Source: Balanoglossus misakiensis (taxonomy: Eukaryota > Animalia > Hemichordata). From it: a stretch of 64,000 nt of DNA. Positions within the stretch are counted from its first letter, which is position 1. Each line of letters starts with the position of its first letter. This document shows positions 12,601-23,739 of this stretch, in pieces. Location: positions 124,001 to 188,000 of the forward strand of contig JBECUI020000026.1 in assembly GCA_040954595.2 (NCBI GenBank), written 5' to 3'. The notes below the pieces were generated by a model that made no database searches, had not been told where the DNA came from, and worked only from the letters and a program-made list of their open reading frames with translations. Both the position numbers and the translations under genes were made by a program.

Positions 12601-15600
12601 AACCCCACCAAACACTCAAAATTAATGGGCAGAACACTGTCCACTACGGCCTGGTTACTGTGTGCTCTGGTTAATGTTGACGCAAAGGTTGACACCACCA
12701 AACACTCAAAATTAATGGGCAGAACACTGTCCACTAGGGCCTGGTTACTGTGTGCTCTGGTTAATGTTGACGCAAAGGTTGACCCCACCAAACACTCAAA
12801 ATTAATGGGCAGAACACTGTCCACTACGGCCTGGTTACTGTGTGCTCTGGTTAATGTTGACGCAAAGGTTGACCCCACCAAACACTCAAAATTAATGGGC
12901 AGAACACTGTCCACTACGGCCTGGTTACTGTGTGCTCTGGTTAATGTTGACGCAAAGGTTGACCCCACCAAACACTCAAAATTAATGGGCAGAACACTGT
13001 CCACTACGGCCTGGTTACTGTGTGCTCTGGTTAATGTTGACGCAAAGGTTGACCCCACCAAACACTCAAAATTAATGGGCAGAACACTGTCCACTACGGC
13101 CTGGTTACTGTGTGCTCTGGTTAATGTTGACGCAAAGGTTGACCCCACCAAACACTCAAAATTAATGGGCAGCACACTGTCCACTATGGCCTGGTTACTG
13201 TGTGCTCTGGTTAATGTTGACGCAAAGGTTGACCCCACCAAACACTCAAAATTAATGGGCAGAACACTGTCCACTACGGCCTGGTTACTGTGTGCTCTGG
13301 TTAATGTTGACGCAAAGGTTGACCCCACCAAACACTCAAAATTAATGGGCAGAACACTGTCCACTACGGCCTGGTTACTGTGTGCTCTGGTTAATGTTGA
13401 CGCAAAGGTTGACCCCACCAAACACTCAAAATTAATGGGCAGAACACTGTCCACTACGGCCTGGTTACTGTGTGCTCTGGTTAATGTTGACGCAAAGGTT
13501 GACCCCACCAAACACTCAAAATTAATGGCCAGAACACTGTCCACTACGGCCTGGTTACTGTGTGCTCTGGTTAATGTTGACGCAAAGGTTGACCCCACCA
13601 AACACTCAAAATTAATGGCCAGAACACTGTCCACTACGGCCTGGTTACTGTGTGCTCTGGTTAATGTTGACGCAAAGGTTGACCCCACCAAACACTCAAA
13701 ATTAATGGGCACGATACTGGCCACTCTGGCCTAGTTAATGTTGACGCAAAGGTTGACCCCACCAAACACTCAAAATTAATGGGCACGATACTGGCCACTC
13801 TGGCCTAGTTAATGTTGACGCAAAGGTTGACCCCACCAAACACTCAAAATTAATGGGCACGATACTGGCCACTCTGGCCTAGTTAATGTTGACGCAAAGG
13901 TTGACCCCACCAAACACTCAAAATTAATGGGCACGATACTGGCCACTCTGGCCTAGTTAATGTTGACGCAAAGGTTGACCCCACCAAACACTCAAAATTA
14001 ATGGGCACGATACTGGCCACTCTGGCCTAGTTAATGTTGACGCAAAGGTTGACCCCACCAAACCCTCAAAATTAATGGGCAGAACACTGTCCACTACGGC
14101 CTGGTTACTGTATGCTCTGGTTAATGTTGACGCAAAGGTTGACCCCACCAAACACTCAAAATTAATGGGCAGAACACTGTCCACTACGGCCTGGTTACTG
14201 TGTGCTCTGGTTAATGTTGACGCAAAGGTTGACCCCACCAAACACTCAAAATTAATGGGAAGAACACTGTCCACTACGGCCTGGTTACTGTGTGCTCTGG
14301 TTAATGTTGACGCAAAGGTTGACCCCACCAAACACTCAAAATTAATGGGCAGCACACTGTCCACTATGGCCTGGTTACTATGTGCTCTGGTTAATGTTGA
14401 CGCAAAGGTTGACCCCACCAAACACTCAAAATTAATGGGCAGAACACTGTCCACTACGGCCTGGTTACTGTGTGCTCTGGTTAATGTTGACGCAAAGGTT
14501 GACCCCCATCAAACACTCAAAATTAATGGGCACGATACTGGCCACTCTGGCCTGGTTACTGTGTGCTCTGGTTAATGTTGACGCAAAGGTTGACCCCACC
14601 AAACACTCAAAATTAATGGGCAGAACACTGTCCACTACGGCCTGGTTACTGTGTGCTCTGGTTAATGTTGACGCAAAGGTTGACCCCACCAAACACTCAA
14701 AATTAATGGGCAGAACACTGTCCACTACGGCCTGGTTACTGTGTGCTCTGGTTAATGTTGACGCAAAGGTTGACCCCACCAAACACTCAAAATAAATGGG
14801 TAGAACACTGTCTACTATGGCCTGGTTACTGTGTGCTCTGGTTAATGTTGACGCAAAGGTTGACCCCACTAAACACTCAAAATTAATGGGCAGAACACTG
14901 TCCACTACGGCCTGGTTACTGTGTGCTCTGGTTAATGTTGACGCAAAGGTTGACCCCACCAAACACTCAAAATTAATGGGCAGCACACTGTCCACTATGG
15001 CCTGGTTACTGTGTGCTCTGGTTAATGTTGACGCAAAGGTTGACCCCACCAAACACTCAAAATTAATGGGCAGAACACTGTCCACTACGGCCTGGTTACT
15101 GTGTGCTCTGGTTAATGTTGACGCAAAGGTTGACCCCGTCAAACACTCAAAATTAATGGGCAGAACACTGTCCACTATGGCCTGGTTACTGTGTGCTGTG
15201 GTTAATGTTGACGCAAAGGTTGACCCCACCAAACACTCAAAATTAATGGGCAGAACACTGTCCACTACGGCCTGGTTACTGTGTGCTCTGGTTAATGTTG
15301 ACGCAAAGGTTGACCCCACCAAACACTCAAAATTAATGGGCAGAACACTGTCCACTACGGCCTGGTTACTGTGTGCTCTGGTTAATGTTGACGCAAAGGT
15401 TGACCCCACCAAACACTCAAAATTAATGGGCAGAACACTGTCCACTATGGCCTGGTTACTGTGTGCTCTGGTTAATGTTGACGCAAAGGTTGACCCCACC
15501 AAACACTCAAAATTAATGGGCAGCACACTGTCCACTATGGCCTGGTTACTGTGTGCTCTGGTTAATGTTGACGCAAAGGTTGACCCCACCAAACACTCAA

Positions 15601-16498
15601 AATTAATGGGCAGAACACTGTCCACTACGGCCTGGTTACTGTGTGCTCTGGTTAATGTTGAGGCAAAGGTTGACCCCCACCAAACACTCAAAATTAATGG
15701 GCACGATACTGGCCACTCTGGCCTAGTTAATGTTGACGCAAAGGTTGACCCCACCAAACACTCAAAATTAATGGGCACGATACTGGCCACTCTGGCCTAG
15801 TTAATGTTGACGCAAAGGTTGACCCCACCAAACACTCAAAATTGATGGGCACGATACTGGCCACTCTGGCCTAGTTAATGTTGACGCAAAGGTTGACCCC
15901 ACCAAACACTAAAAATTAATGGGCACGATACTGGCCACTCTGGCCTAGTTAATGTTGACGCAAAGGTTGACCCCACCAAACACTCAAAATTAATGGGCAG
16001 AACACTGTCCACTACGGCCTGGTTACTGTGTGCTCTGGTTAATGTTGACGCAAAGGTTGACCCCACCAAACACTCAAAATTAATGGGCAGAACACTGTCC
16101 ACTACGGCCTGGTTACTGTGTGCTCTGGTTAATGTTGACGCAAAGGTTGACCCCACCAAACACTCAAAATTAATGGGCAGAACACTGTCCACTACGGCCT
16201 GGTTACTGTGTGCTCTGGTTAATGTTGACGCAAAGGTTGACCCCACCAAACACTCAAAATTAATGGGCAGCACACTGTCCACTATGGCCTGGTTACTGTG
16301 TGCTCTGGTTAATGTTGACGCAAAGGTTGACCCCACCAAACACTCAAAATTAATGGGCAGAACACTGTCCACTACGGCCTGGTTACTGTGTGCTCTGGTT
16401 AATGTTCACGCAAAGGTTGACCCCCATCAAACACTCAAAATTAATGGGCACGATACTGGCCACTCTGGCCTGGTTACTGTGTGCTCTGGTTAATGTTA
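6660..16498. repeat. Satellite array of interleaved 90-bp (A) and 74/75-bp (B) monomers, ~9.8 kb
   Basis: A = gttaatgttgacgcaaaggttgaccccaccaaacactcaaaattaatgggcagaacactgtccactayggcctggttactgtgtgctctg. B = the same 5' part followed by cacgatactggccactctggccta. Very high identity; the first unit (6660-6730) is diverged. Confidence 0.98.
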
Positions 16499-16708
16499 AT
16501 GGTAGGTTTTGTGGACTAAATGTCAATCTTTGTACTATTCGTACATGAAACTTTTCTTTCAAATACAACTTACAGACCAACATAGACAGTCATGCTTATA
16601 TAAGTATGACTATCTATTAAAGTAACATTCATATCATGATTGTTGTTTTACACTGTGTTTTCAAAGTAATTGTTGCAGTAAACCAATTGCCTTGCTTGGA
16701 AATATTAA

Positions 16709-16815
16709 AAGGGAAGTCCTGTCCAGCTGATTTATGCATAATTTCTACACAATGTTTTTTTCTGAAAGAATGACCTCAAAGCTACCCAATTATGTAGCTG
16801 AACCGGACTTCCCCT
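16709..16815. mobile_element. Short TTAA-flanked MITE (Kolobok-like)
   Basis: TTAA 16705-16708, then aagggaagtcctgtccagct ... agctgaaccggacttcccct, then TTAA 16816-16819. Imperfect 20-bp TIR. Confidence 0.7.
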
Positions 16816-17116
16816 TTAAATGCTACCAGTGAGCTTGTTTGTCTTTGTAAATACACTCAAGTATTAATCCCCTTTTTCTCAGAATTCAATGCATCTTCAT
16901 GCCATGAGGTGAGAGGACACTTTTGTTAGCAGGAGGGAAACAAATCCAAAATAAATAATAACAGTGCAAAGTTGGTCTGCTTACTTTCTCCACATTTCAT
17001 TATTGAATTACGGCAAAATTATGAAATCCAATTATGAAATTCAGCTTTTTGTCCACTTTTTGTTGCTGCAAATTCATTGCGGTATAAAGGTCAATAATAT
17101 GACAAATCTTGGTTAA

Positions 17117-17301
17117 AAGTATACAGTCACCTTCAATACACATTCCCATATATGGCTGAATGGCGTATTTGAGCATTCTAAAGAACATATGGTGGCGCCT
17201 GTTTTCCACGTGTGCCACCAAATGAAAATCTGTGATTGGCTAGATTTCAATTTTCCATGGTAACTATATATAGCTAATTTTCCATGGGTGATCATATACC
17301 T
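17117..17301. mobile_element. TTAA-flanked MITE (Kolobok-like); partial inverted copy at ~30865-31000
   Basis: TTAA-aagtatacagtcacc ... ggtgatcatatacct-TTAA. The interior matches the reverse complement of 30865-31000, which also starts ttaa-aggtatacggtcacc. Confidence 0.75.
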
Positions 17302-17330
17302 TTAACTCTATAGTTTAACATGATACTTAC

Positions 17331-17516
17331 GAACACATGATTGGTTAAAAGTGTAGACATCATACATTGAGAGACCAGTTTCTCCAGGTGGCAGATAGAA
17401 TCCACCTGTGCCGTTATTTGCATATAAGAGATAGCCTTCTTCACAGGAACATTGAAAACCACCTGCAGTGTTTTTACAAAGTTGATCACAAGAATGTGAA
17501 GCACATTCATTTATAT
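17331..17516 (-). CDS. uif: Uif-like exon: calcium-binding EGF with long insert (DINECASHSCDQLCKNTAGGFQCSCEEGYLLYANNGTGGFYLPPGETGLSMYDVYTFNQSCV)
   Basis: ttgtag acceptor, gtaagt donor, 186 nt, phase 1->1. The ~25-aa insert between Cys5 and Cys6 resembles the Uif GY.LY..NGT.GF.....ETG...N..CV segment. This frame is not in the supplied ORF track. Confidence 0.9.
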
Positions 17517-17571
17517 CTACAAAGAAGGAACATGGATTGGATTAAAACAATGTACGTTCAGTAAAATTGAA

Positions 17572-17910
17572 AGTATTGTCATTTCTTTTAATCGTGAATT
17601 TTGGGATTATCTTGTGTACGTACAAGATGAATCTGTGATAAAATAAAGGCGTCACCTTGCTTGCTTTTGAAATACAAGGCCATTAATTTAGTTGATAATA
17701 GAAGAAACCTGCTGACTCAGCATGGTTCACCAATGGTTTGTCTATGGACAAAAACCTTAAAGAAATTTATCTCAAAATAGAGCATTGTAATCACACAATT
17801 TTATTTGACCAATGAATTTATATTTACTAGACTGAGCTATGTGTAAAATTTCGTGAAAATGACAATAGTAGAAGTTTGTTTTCTAGCAATTATCAATGTA
17901 ATCCTATGAG
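17572..17910. repeat. Interspersed repeat family; inverted copies at ~18965-19125 and ~35325-35630
   Basis: Shared segments include caattatcgactaaattca, ttttcattatacataca and attaaaagaaatgac, reverse-complemented here. Confidence 0.75.
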
Positions 17911-18037
17911 AAAAAGACACCTGAGATTAAAAGGTCATTCCAAAAATTTATCCGGAATTCTGAAATAAGTTCGGAATGTGTTAAATGTGAAAATAGTGAC
18001 TTGAAGTTATGTTGCAAGTGACTTGTTTATGTCTCAC

Positions 18038-18166
18038 CTTTGCATGCTGTTCCATTCACATCTGGTTCAAATCCTACCAAACATGCACACTGATAGTCAC
18101 CATCTCTATTTTCACAGACTTGATTGATTCCACACCGTGCCACCAATGTACTACATTCATTGATAT
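18038..18166 (-). CDS. uif: Uif-like exon: calcium-binding EGF (DINECSTLVARCGINQVCENRDGDYQCACLVGFEPDVNGTACK)
   Basis: tttcag acceptor, gtgaga donor, 129 nt, phase 1->1. DINEC motif and six Cys. Confidence 0.92.
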
Positions 18167-18644
18167 CTGAAATGTTATTCATCAAGATATGATCAAAATC
18201 CCACAGGTCCGCTGGTAAATTCAGACCAACAAGTTTAGCTGGGAACCACCAGACCAACAGGAAATTTTCACAAACAAATTTTCGCGAACTATGCAAGAGC
18301 CCCCCCAAAAAAGACATTTTTGTGTAAAAAACTATTTTCAGTGATAACAATGTAGTGAAATACGAGAACATGAAAATTAATCGTCTCATAACAGTTTCTG
18401 CTTTTGATATCGCAAAAAATTTCTTTGTCGCGAAAATTTCCTGTTTTACAGTAATCAATGAAAAATAAAATTACGAAAATCATGAAATTTCTGACAGCCA
18501 TAGATTTGCATGGCATGAACTGTATGTCCTATCAGCATGTAGTTTAGGTGACATTTATGATAAATAGTCAAATTACTGGAGTGATCGATTACGGTACCTC
18601 ATAAGCAGACAACCACAGGAAGACCAATCTTGATGTGAACTTAC

Positions 18645-18827
18645 CAATGCATGATGGTATTGCACTATTCCACTGTAAATCGGATTGACAAGTCAGGTAA
18701 TCAGCACCATTTAATTCATAGCCAGCATTACAATAGAATGTGATGTTACTGCCCATATAATATGGTCCACTATCAGGGACAGCTTGTAGATGTGGGTCTG
18801 TTATGAGTATATCACTGCAGTTCAATC
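18645..18827 (-). CDS. uif: Uif-like exon: Sushi/CCP (LNCSDIL...GSNITFYCNAGYELNGADYLTCQSDLQWNSAIPSCI)
   Basis: ttgcag acceptor, gtaagt donor, 183 nt, phase 1->1. Canonical CCP pattern. Confidence 0.92.
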
Positions 18828-19137
18828 CTGCAAGTAAAAAAAATAAAACACTATGTGGATGCAGACTTGATTGTGGTATATATATTGGGTATCTGTATTC
18901 TGTCACAACTTTAACATTTTCACCCCAAGTTCCCACTATAAAAGTCCAGATACCATTGACTCCTTTTTTTCAATTATCGACTAAATTCATGACTCTGTAT
19001 TTCAAAAACAAGCGTGGTGACCCCTATATTTTATCACAAATTTTCATTATACATACATAGGATAATCCAAAAATTAACAATTAAAAGAAATGACCATATT
19101 TTCAATTTTACTGAATGTACATCCTTAAATGACTTAC

Positions 19138-19320
19138 GTTGACAGTATCCTGGATCTCCAATCCATGATCCATCTTCACCACATGTAGAGACAGTGTAGC
19201 CAGTCAGACTGTAGCCAGATGGACATGAGTAGGCAACGGTTGTTCCAAAAATCAATGAATCACCATTAACAATTTCATATGATAAGTAGTTGTCTACATT
19301 CGGTGGTGGACACTCGCGAG
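19138..19320 (-). CDS. uif: Uif-like exon: Sushi/CCP (RECPPPNVD...FGTTVAYSCPSGYSLTGYTVSTCGEDGSWIGDPGYCQ)
   Basis: aaacag acceptor, gtaagt donor, 183 nt, phase 1->1. Canonical CCP Cys/Trp pattern. Confidence 0.92.
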
Positions 19321-19621
19321 CTGTTTGGATAAGATGAACAGATAACATTACAAGTGTGTTAATACTAGGAAAATGGTTTAGAGGGACATGTAGCAGTAAC
19401 CCTCACAATCCTGCATATTTTCAAGTTACCAGTGTCTGGTTTAACATTCAGTGTGTAATGTCCCAATTAGACACCCATGTGGAATGTAGCAACCAGCACA
19501 AAGTGCCCCATCATAACGCTATGGAGAGAATTTCAACTTGAGTCAGTGATTTTTATGAAAACATGACAGTGAACACCCTGTGTTATACTTTGTTTTCAAA
19601 ACGACTCATTACACACTTTAA

Positions 19622-19921
19622 AGCCTCTAGAGCTGCCAAATTTCACAATTTTTTTCTTTTCCACAGTAAAACCTTTCAAATCTATGGTGATGCATACCAC
19701 GATAGCTAGCTGCATACTGTTTGTATGGAGGCTGATTTTAATAAAATGGGTACGGCACCTGTTTAATACATTGCACGTTTAAATTGCAACATACAGCCAC
19801 AATCAGGCATTGATGACATGTTCTTGTATCCCTATCAGTAAGCTTAATTATTTCAATGTACCAATCTACGTCGGAAAATAAAATCTGAAAATAAATGCAA
19901 AAAGTGGCAGCTCTAGTGGCT
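19622..19921. mobile_element. TTAA-flanked MITE (Kolobok-like)
   Basis: TTAA 19618-19621, agcctctagagctgcca ... tggcagctctagtggct, TTAA 19922-19925. 17-bp TIR with 1 mismatch. Confidence 0.85.
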
Positions 19922-20024
19922 TTAAAGCACTGAAAGGTTCAGAGGACTAACATTTTTCTGAAAATCCGTCTCCTAAGTGTGCACTACAATGGCAGTTTAA
20001 TTGTTTTCAAAAATATCAACTTAC

Positions 20025-20204
20025 GCTCGCATTGGGGCACAAGTGGACCCCAGACACCATCTGCTTGGCATTCCAATGAAGACACATTATTTATAAACTG
20101 ATAGCCCTCAATGCATTGATAATAAGCAATGCCACCATACACTGTACTGGTAACATTGGTAAGAATTCCATTGCTGCACTCAGGGGGTCCACCACATGTT
20201 ATTC
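20025..20204 (-). CDS. uif: Uif-like exon: Sushi/CCP (ITCGGPPECSNG...YGGIAYYQCIEGYQF...LECQADGVWGPLVPQCE)
   Basis: ttttag acceptor, gtaagt donor, 180 nt, phase 1->1. C..P...NG...Y.C..GY...C...G.W....P.C pattern. Confidence 0.9.
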
Positions 20205-20691
20205 CTAAAAAATAAACAACAAATTAGTGTCATTCAAGTTGTTGCTAACAATAGATTCAAGAGACAAATTAAGTCTCTCTCATCACTGCACTTTTTTCAA
20301 ATCCCTCAAATAAGATAATTCTTAGAATGAACGAAGCAGCTGACAGTATCCTAGACTGTCCATGACAGCAACTGAAGATCCTAGTAGGTCGTGGCTGTCT
20401 AATTTCAGGGATTTGTGGATGAATTGCAATGTTTATAAACAAACAAACGCAGTGCGACGACCCCATCACTTTATTGAGTGTGATACAAGAGTGTTGCCAT
20501 TCCTGTCAATGGTCCAAAATTGCATTGCAATTGTAAGAAATTACTGTCTCTGTTTTTCCAGCTCTTTGAAGTTTCGTAAAAATTCAAAAACATTTGCACC
20601 TTTCAATTAATGACTCTAAATCACAATGAATAAAGGGAGAGTGTGTTTCTAAGAATTCTGTAACAACTTTTTCTGAAATGTTAGTAAGTTA

Positions 20692-20897
20692 CTGTAAAAC
20701 ACTTTATTTTCGCGAGCAAGAGATTTTCGCGAAATACGCGAGAGCCAAAATAGCGTGAAAATAAAAAGTTGCGTAATTTTTTTGAAGATAAAGATGCAAT
20801 GAATGAAATAAGAGAACGCGAAAATTAATACTGGCGAAACAGTGGCCTCTCTCGATGTCGCGAAAATTTCAACTCGTGAAAATAAAGTGTTTTACAG
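20692..20897. mobile_element. TA-flanked ~200-bp MITE (Tc1/mariner/pogo-type)
   Basis: TA-ctgtaaaacactttattttcgcgag ... ctcgtgaaaataaagtgttttacag-TA, ~25-bp TIR. Confidence 0.88.
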
Positions 20898-20906
20898 TAT
20901 GTGTAC

Positions 20907-21090
20907 CTGGTGAAAATGAAGCCCTGAATCCTTTAGCTGGTCGTGTTCTACTACTCCTGAACACAACCGAAAAGTGTCCAATGTCTGTACGGCAATCGGG
21001 TGGTGGCACAGTGCCATCAATGACTCCATCAGAATTGCCACTCCATGGACCAATAATGACATCATCATCACTCTCAGTACCATTGTATAC
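20907..21090 (-). CDS. uif: Uif-like exon: CUB3 second half (VYNGTESDDDVIIGPWSG...FSVVFRSSRTRPAKGFRASFSP)
   Basis: ctgaag acceptor, gtacac donor, 184 nt, phase 0->1. VYNG and KGFRASF CUB motifs. Confidence 0.88.
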
Positions 21091-21129
21091 CTTCAGAAAC
21101 AAAGACAAATTAAGCATGCATTGTAAATA

Positions 21130-21324
21130 CCGTAAAACGGGAAATCTTCACAACAGGAAATTTTCGCGATATCAAAGGTGGCTACTGTTACGCGACAATT
21201 AATTTTCACATTGCCATATTTTACTGCATTGTTATCTCTGAAGCATTTTAAGCGACTTTTTATTTTCATATTTTTTGGCTCTCACATAGTTTACGAAAAT
21301 TTATCGTTCACGAAAATTTTATAG
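21130..21324. mobile_element. TA-MITE family member, degraded right end
   Basis: TA-ccgtaaaacgggaaat... with an interior closely similar to 25707-25897. Confidence 0.7.
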
Positions 21325-21370
21325 TATTCAATCCTTGTTGCATTTCCTGCTGTAACAGCTACTCAACATA

Positions 21371-21576
21371 CTGTAAAATGGGAAATGTTCGCAAACAATA
21401 AATTTTCGCGATCTACGTGAGAGCCATCAAAACATGAAAATAAAAAGTTGCGTAAAAATGTTTTTCGGGGATAATGATGCAGTGAAATACAAGAACGTGA
21501 AAAGTTATTGTTGCATAACACTTGCCTCTTTTGATAACGCGAAAATTTCATGTTGCAAAAGTATCCCGTTTTACAG
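21371..21576. mobile_element. TA-MITE family member
   Basis: TA-ctgtaaaatgggaaat ... atcccgttttacag-TA. Interior similar to 20692-20897. Confidence 0.85.
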
Positions 21577-21743
21577 TATATATGTGATTAATTAAATTTC
21601 CAAATTGTGTTCCAAAGTTGTATAGTTTGAAGTAATGTCTGCCAAAATTGTCAAACTAAAATCACTGCAAAATAATATGACAATTTTTTTAATATGACAA
21701 ATATTTTTAACATGGCTGACTCATGATCATATCTGATACTCAC

Positions 21744-21928
21744 AATGATGTAATCAACATCTGTGTTCCTCTCTAATCCAAAGTTCTCATCAAAGATAAG
21801 AGTTAATGGTCTTCCAGTTGGTTCCTTGATTAACCAGCTACACATAACATCATCAGGGTAAGTGCTAACATCATACCCTGGTGACTGAATCGTGCCAAAA
21901 CTACGCAGAATTTCAATTCCCTGGCAAC
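21744..21928 (-). CDS. uif: Uif-like exon: CUB3 first half (CQGIEILRSFGTIQSPGYDVSTYPDDVMCSWLIKEPTGRPLTLIFDENFGLERNTDVDYII)
   Basis: ctttaaag acceptor, gtgagt donor, 185 nt, phase 1->0. SPGY...YP....C.W.I motif. Confidence 0.88.
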
Positions 21929-21937
21929 CTTTAAAGA

Positions 21938-22539
21938 AACAAGTGACCTATCGGTCAAAAGAGCTCTGCTGACTTTAACAGTGAAACCTATAGCTGGGCA
22001 ATGATATGAATACCCTAGGTTTTAATCATAACAATTGTATTCTATTAAACAAAACCAAACATAGACATCACAAGTATTTAATATCCACATTCAGCCTGAT
22101 TCATTGTGCTAAAGAAAGAAAGAATTTATTCCTAAAGAACAACATCAAAAGGAAGTACCAAGGTACTAATTTGCATATTCATGACCCGATCATATCCAAA
22201 TTTATGAAATCAGGTAGGGGCACCATAACACACATTCCTGCCAAATTTCAGCTCCATCGTACATGTAGTTAGGGAGAAGAAAATGTTTGACCAACATTCT
22301 ATTTTTAGATCTAATTTGCATATTTATGACCCCATCAAATCCAAATTTACAAAATCAGGTAGGGGCACCATAACACACATTCCTACCAAATTATAGCTAA
22401 ATATGCAATGTCGTTTTAACGAAGAAGATTGAAATACCGAAAGTTGACGGACGACGGACAACGGACGCCGGACGACAGACGGACACTTATCAACCTACTG
22501 CTACAGCTTGGCTGACACAAGTGACAGCCAAGCTAAAAA
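21938..22539. mobile_element. Helentron-associated non-autonomous element (HINE/DINE-1/pearl-like)
   Basis: Starts aacaag; has two tandem ~144-bp core repeats (ctaatttgcatatt.atgacc...aaatcaggtaggggcaccataacacacattcct), a (gacg)-type microsatellite, and a terminal hairpin agcttggctg/cagccaagct (22505-22534) followed by aaaaa. Confidence 0.8.
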
Positions 22540-23294
22540 TACCAAACAAGGAATAATGAATTCAATCCACAGGTTTGGTGTAATCCTGGCTGCCTTTTAT
22601 TTTGTGCTAGGGGATCAAATCACATAATAATTGCCTTCTGGATAAAAAGTCGTACGCGACAGAAGAAATGACTGTTAACTGTATATGACTTCCTTAGGTC
22701 AAACCTTTCTGTCGTTATACATGTAGTTATCAAATTAAACTCATTTAACTTTTTTCACATTTTGTTATTTTTTCTGTTAAAAAGTTCCATAATGACCCAG
22801 TATCAGATTAGCTTATATTATTAACTTCCAGAAAGAATGGCAAAAGAAGATAGATCTGTGATCCTTACAATTCTTACTGGGTTGAAATTCTTTGGGAATG
22901 ATTTTAAGTGATTTAAAGGGACAATATAAGGACACCTTTAGCATTGATGAGGTAATATAAGAATACATCTGATAAAGAATATTTTCACATCCCAATAAAC
23001 CAAAATCCAAAACAACTGGAAGAGCCGTTTCTGACATAAGTGGACTTTTGGACCAAAAATGTCTAAAACTACCCACCCCCCTCCTCCCCAGTATTGATAT
23101 TTGTCACATGTTTATGTACACCATAATAACAAATATTGTAGGTCCTTGTAAACCAAATTTTAAGAAATCGGAAAAGTGACTACTGAGAATTGACCAGAAA
23201 TGACAAAAATAAAATGTATTTTTAAAAATATAATTACTAATTTTTGTCATGCTGTAAAACAACTCACACGATTAATTGCATCTGAATCCACTAC

Positions 23295-23446
23295 CTGTAA
23301 AGTGACAACAAATTCTGTTGTGAATGATGCCAGCTGTCAGTTACAATCTTCATTGTTGAGATAATTCTTGCCTTCAAAATATTCTGTACTGCTGAGATTC
23401 TGTTTATATGACTGTGCTATGAAATTCCCACCACACAAAGAATACA
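23295..23446 (-). CDS. uif: Uif-like exon: CUB2 first half with in-frame stop (YSLCGGNFIAQSYKQNLSS...NYLNNEDCN*QLAS...VVTLQ)
   Basis: ctttcag acceptor, CAG|gtagtg donor, 152 nt, phase 1->0. CGG...Y.NN.DC.W pattern with TGA at the Trp position (23339-23337). Confidence 0.8.
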
Positions 23447-23739
23447 CTGAAAGAAAGAAGAAGTCATCTTAACAGAAACACTTCACAAACAGGACATCAG
23501 CAAGATCACAGTCGAGGTAGGGCAAATATTGCCTACATGTGCAATCTATAATGTTATACCAGGTTCACGTAGGGTAAAATTCGAAACGTTTCAGAGACAC
23601 TATTTGCCTAAGGTAAACACAGAGCATTAATGCTTTTAGTTGCCTTGTGTCCACACATGCAAAGTTTATGTGTAGTTCGCGAAAATTTATCGTTTGCGAA
23701 AATTTCCAGTTTTACATTATGTATAAAACTTGGTATTAC

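Noticed and set aside
6660-16498. CRISPR-like array (constant part plus variable part)
   Set aside because: The variable part has only two recurring haplotypes, not unique spacers. No cas genes, and the context is eukaryotic.
6804-16583. Long ORFs (up to 704 aa) as real genes
   Set aside because: They are translations of a 90-bp satellite on both strands, broken by 74-bp monomers, with no unique termini or known domain.
3682-16657. Giant Transib-like element from cacagtg (~3683) to cactgtg (16651-16657) enclosing the satellite
   Set aside because: Only ~8 bp of inverted match and no shared flanking duplication; expected by chance.
23337-23339. Selenocysteine or alternative genetic code at the in-frame TGA
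   Set aside because: The position is a conserved Trp, not Cys. Other Trp codons in the gene are TGG, no SECIS is evident, and independent lesions point to decay.
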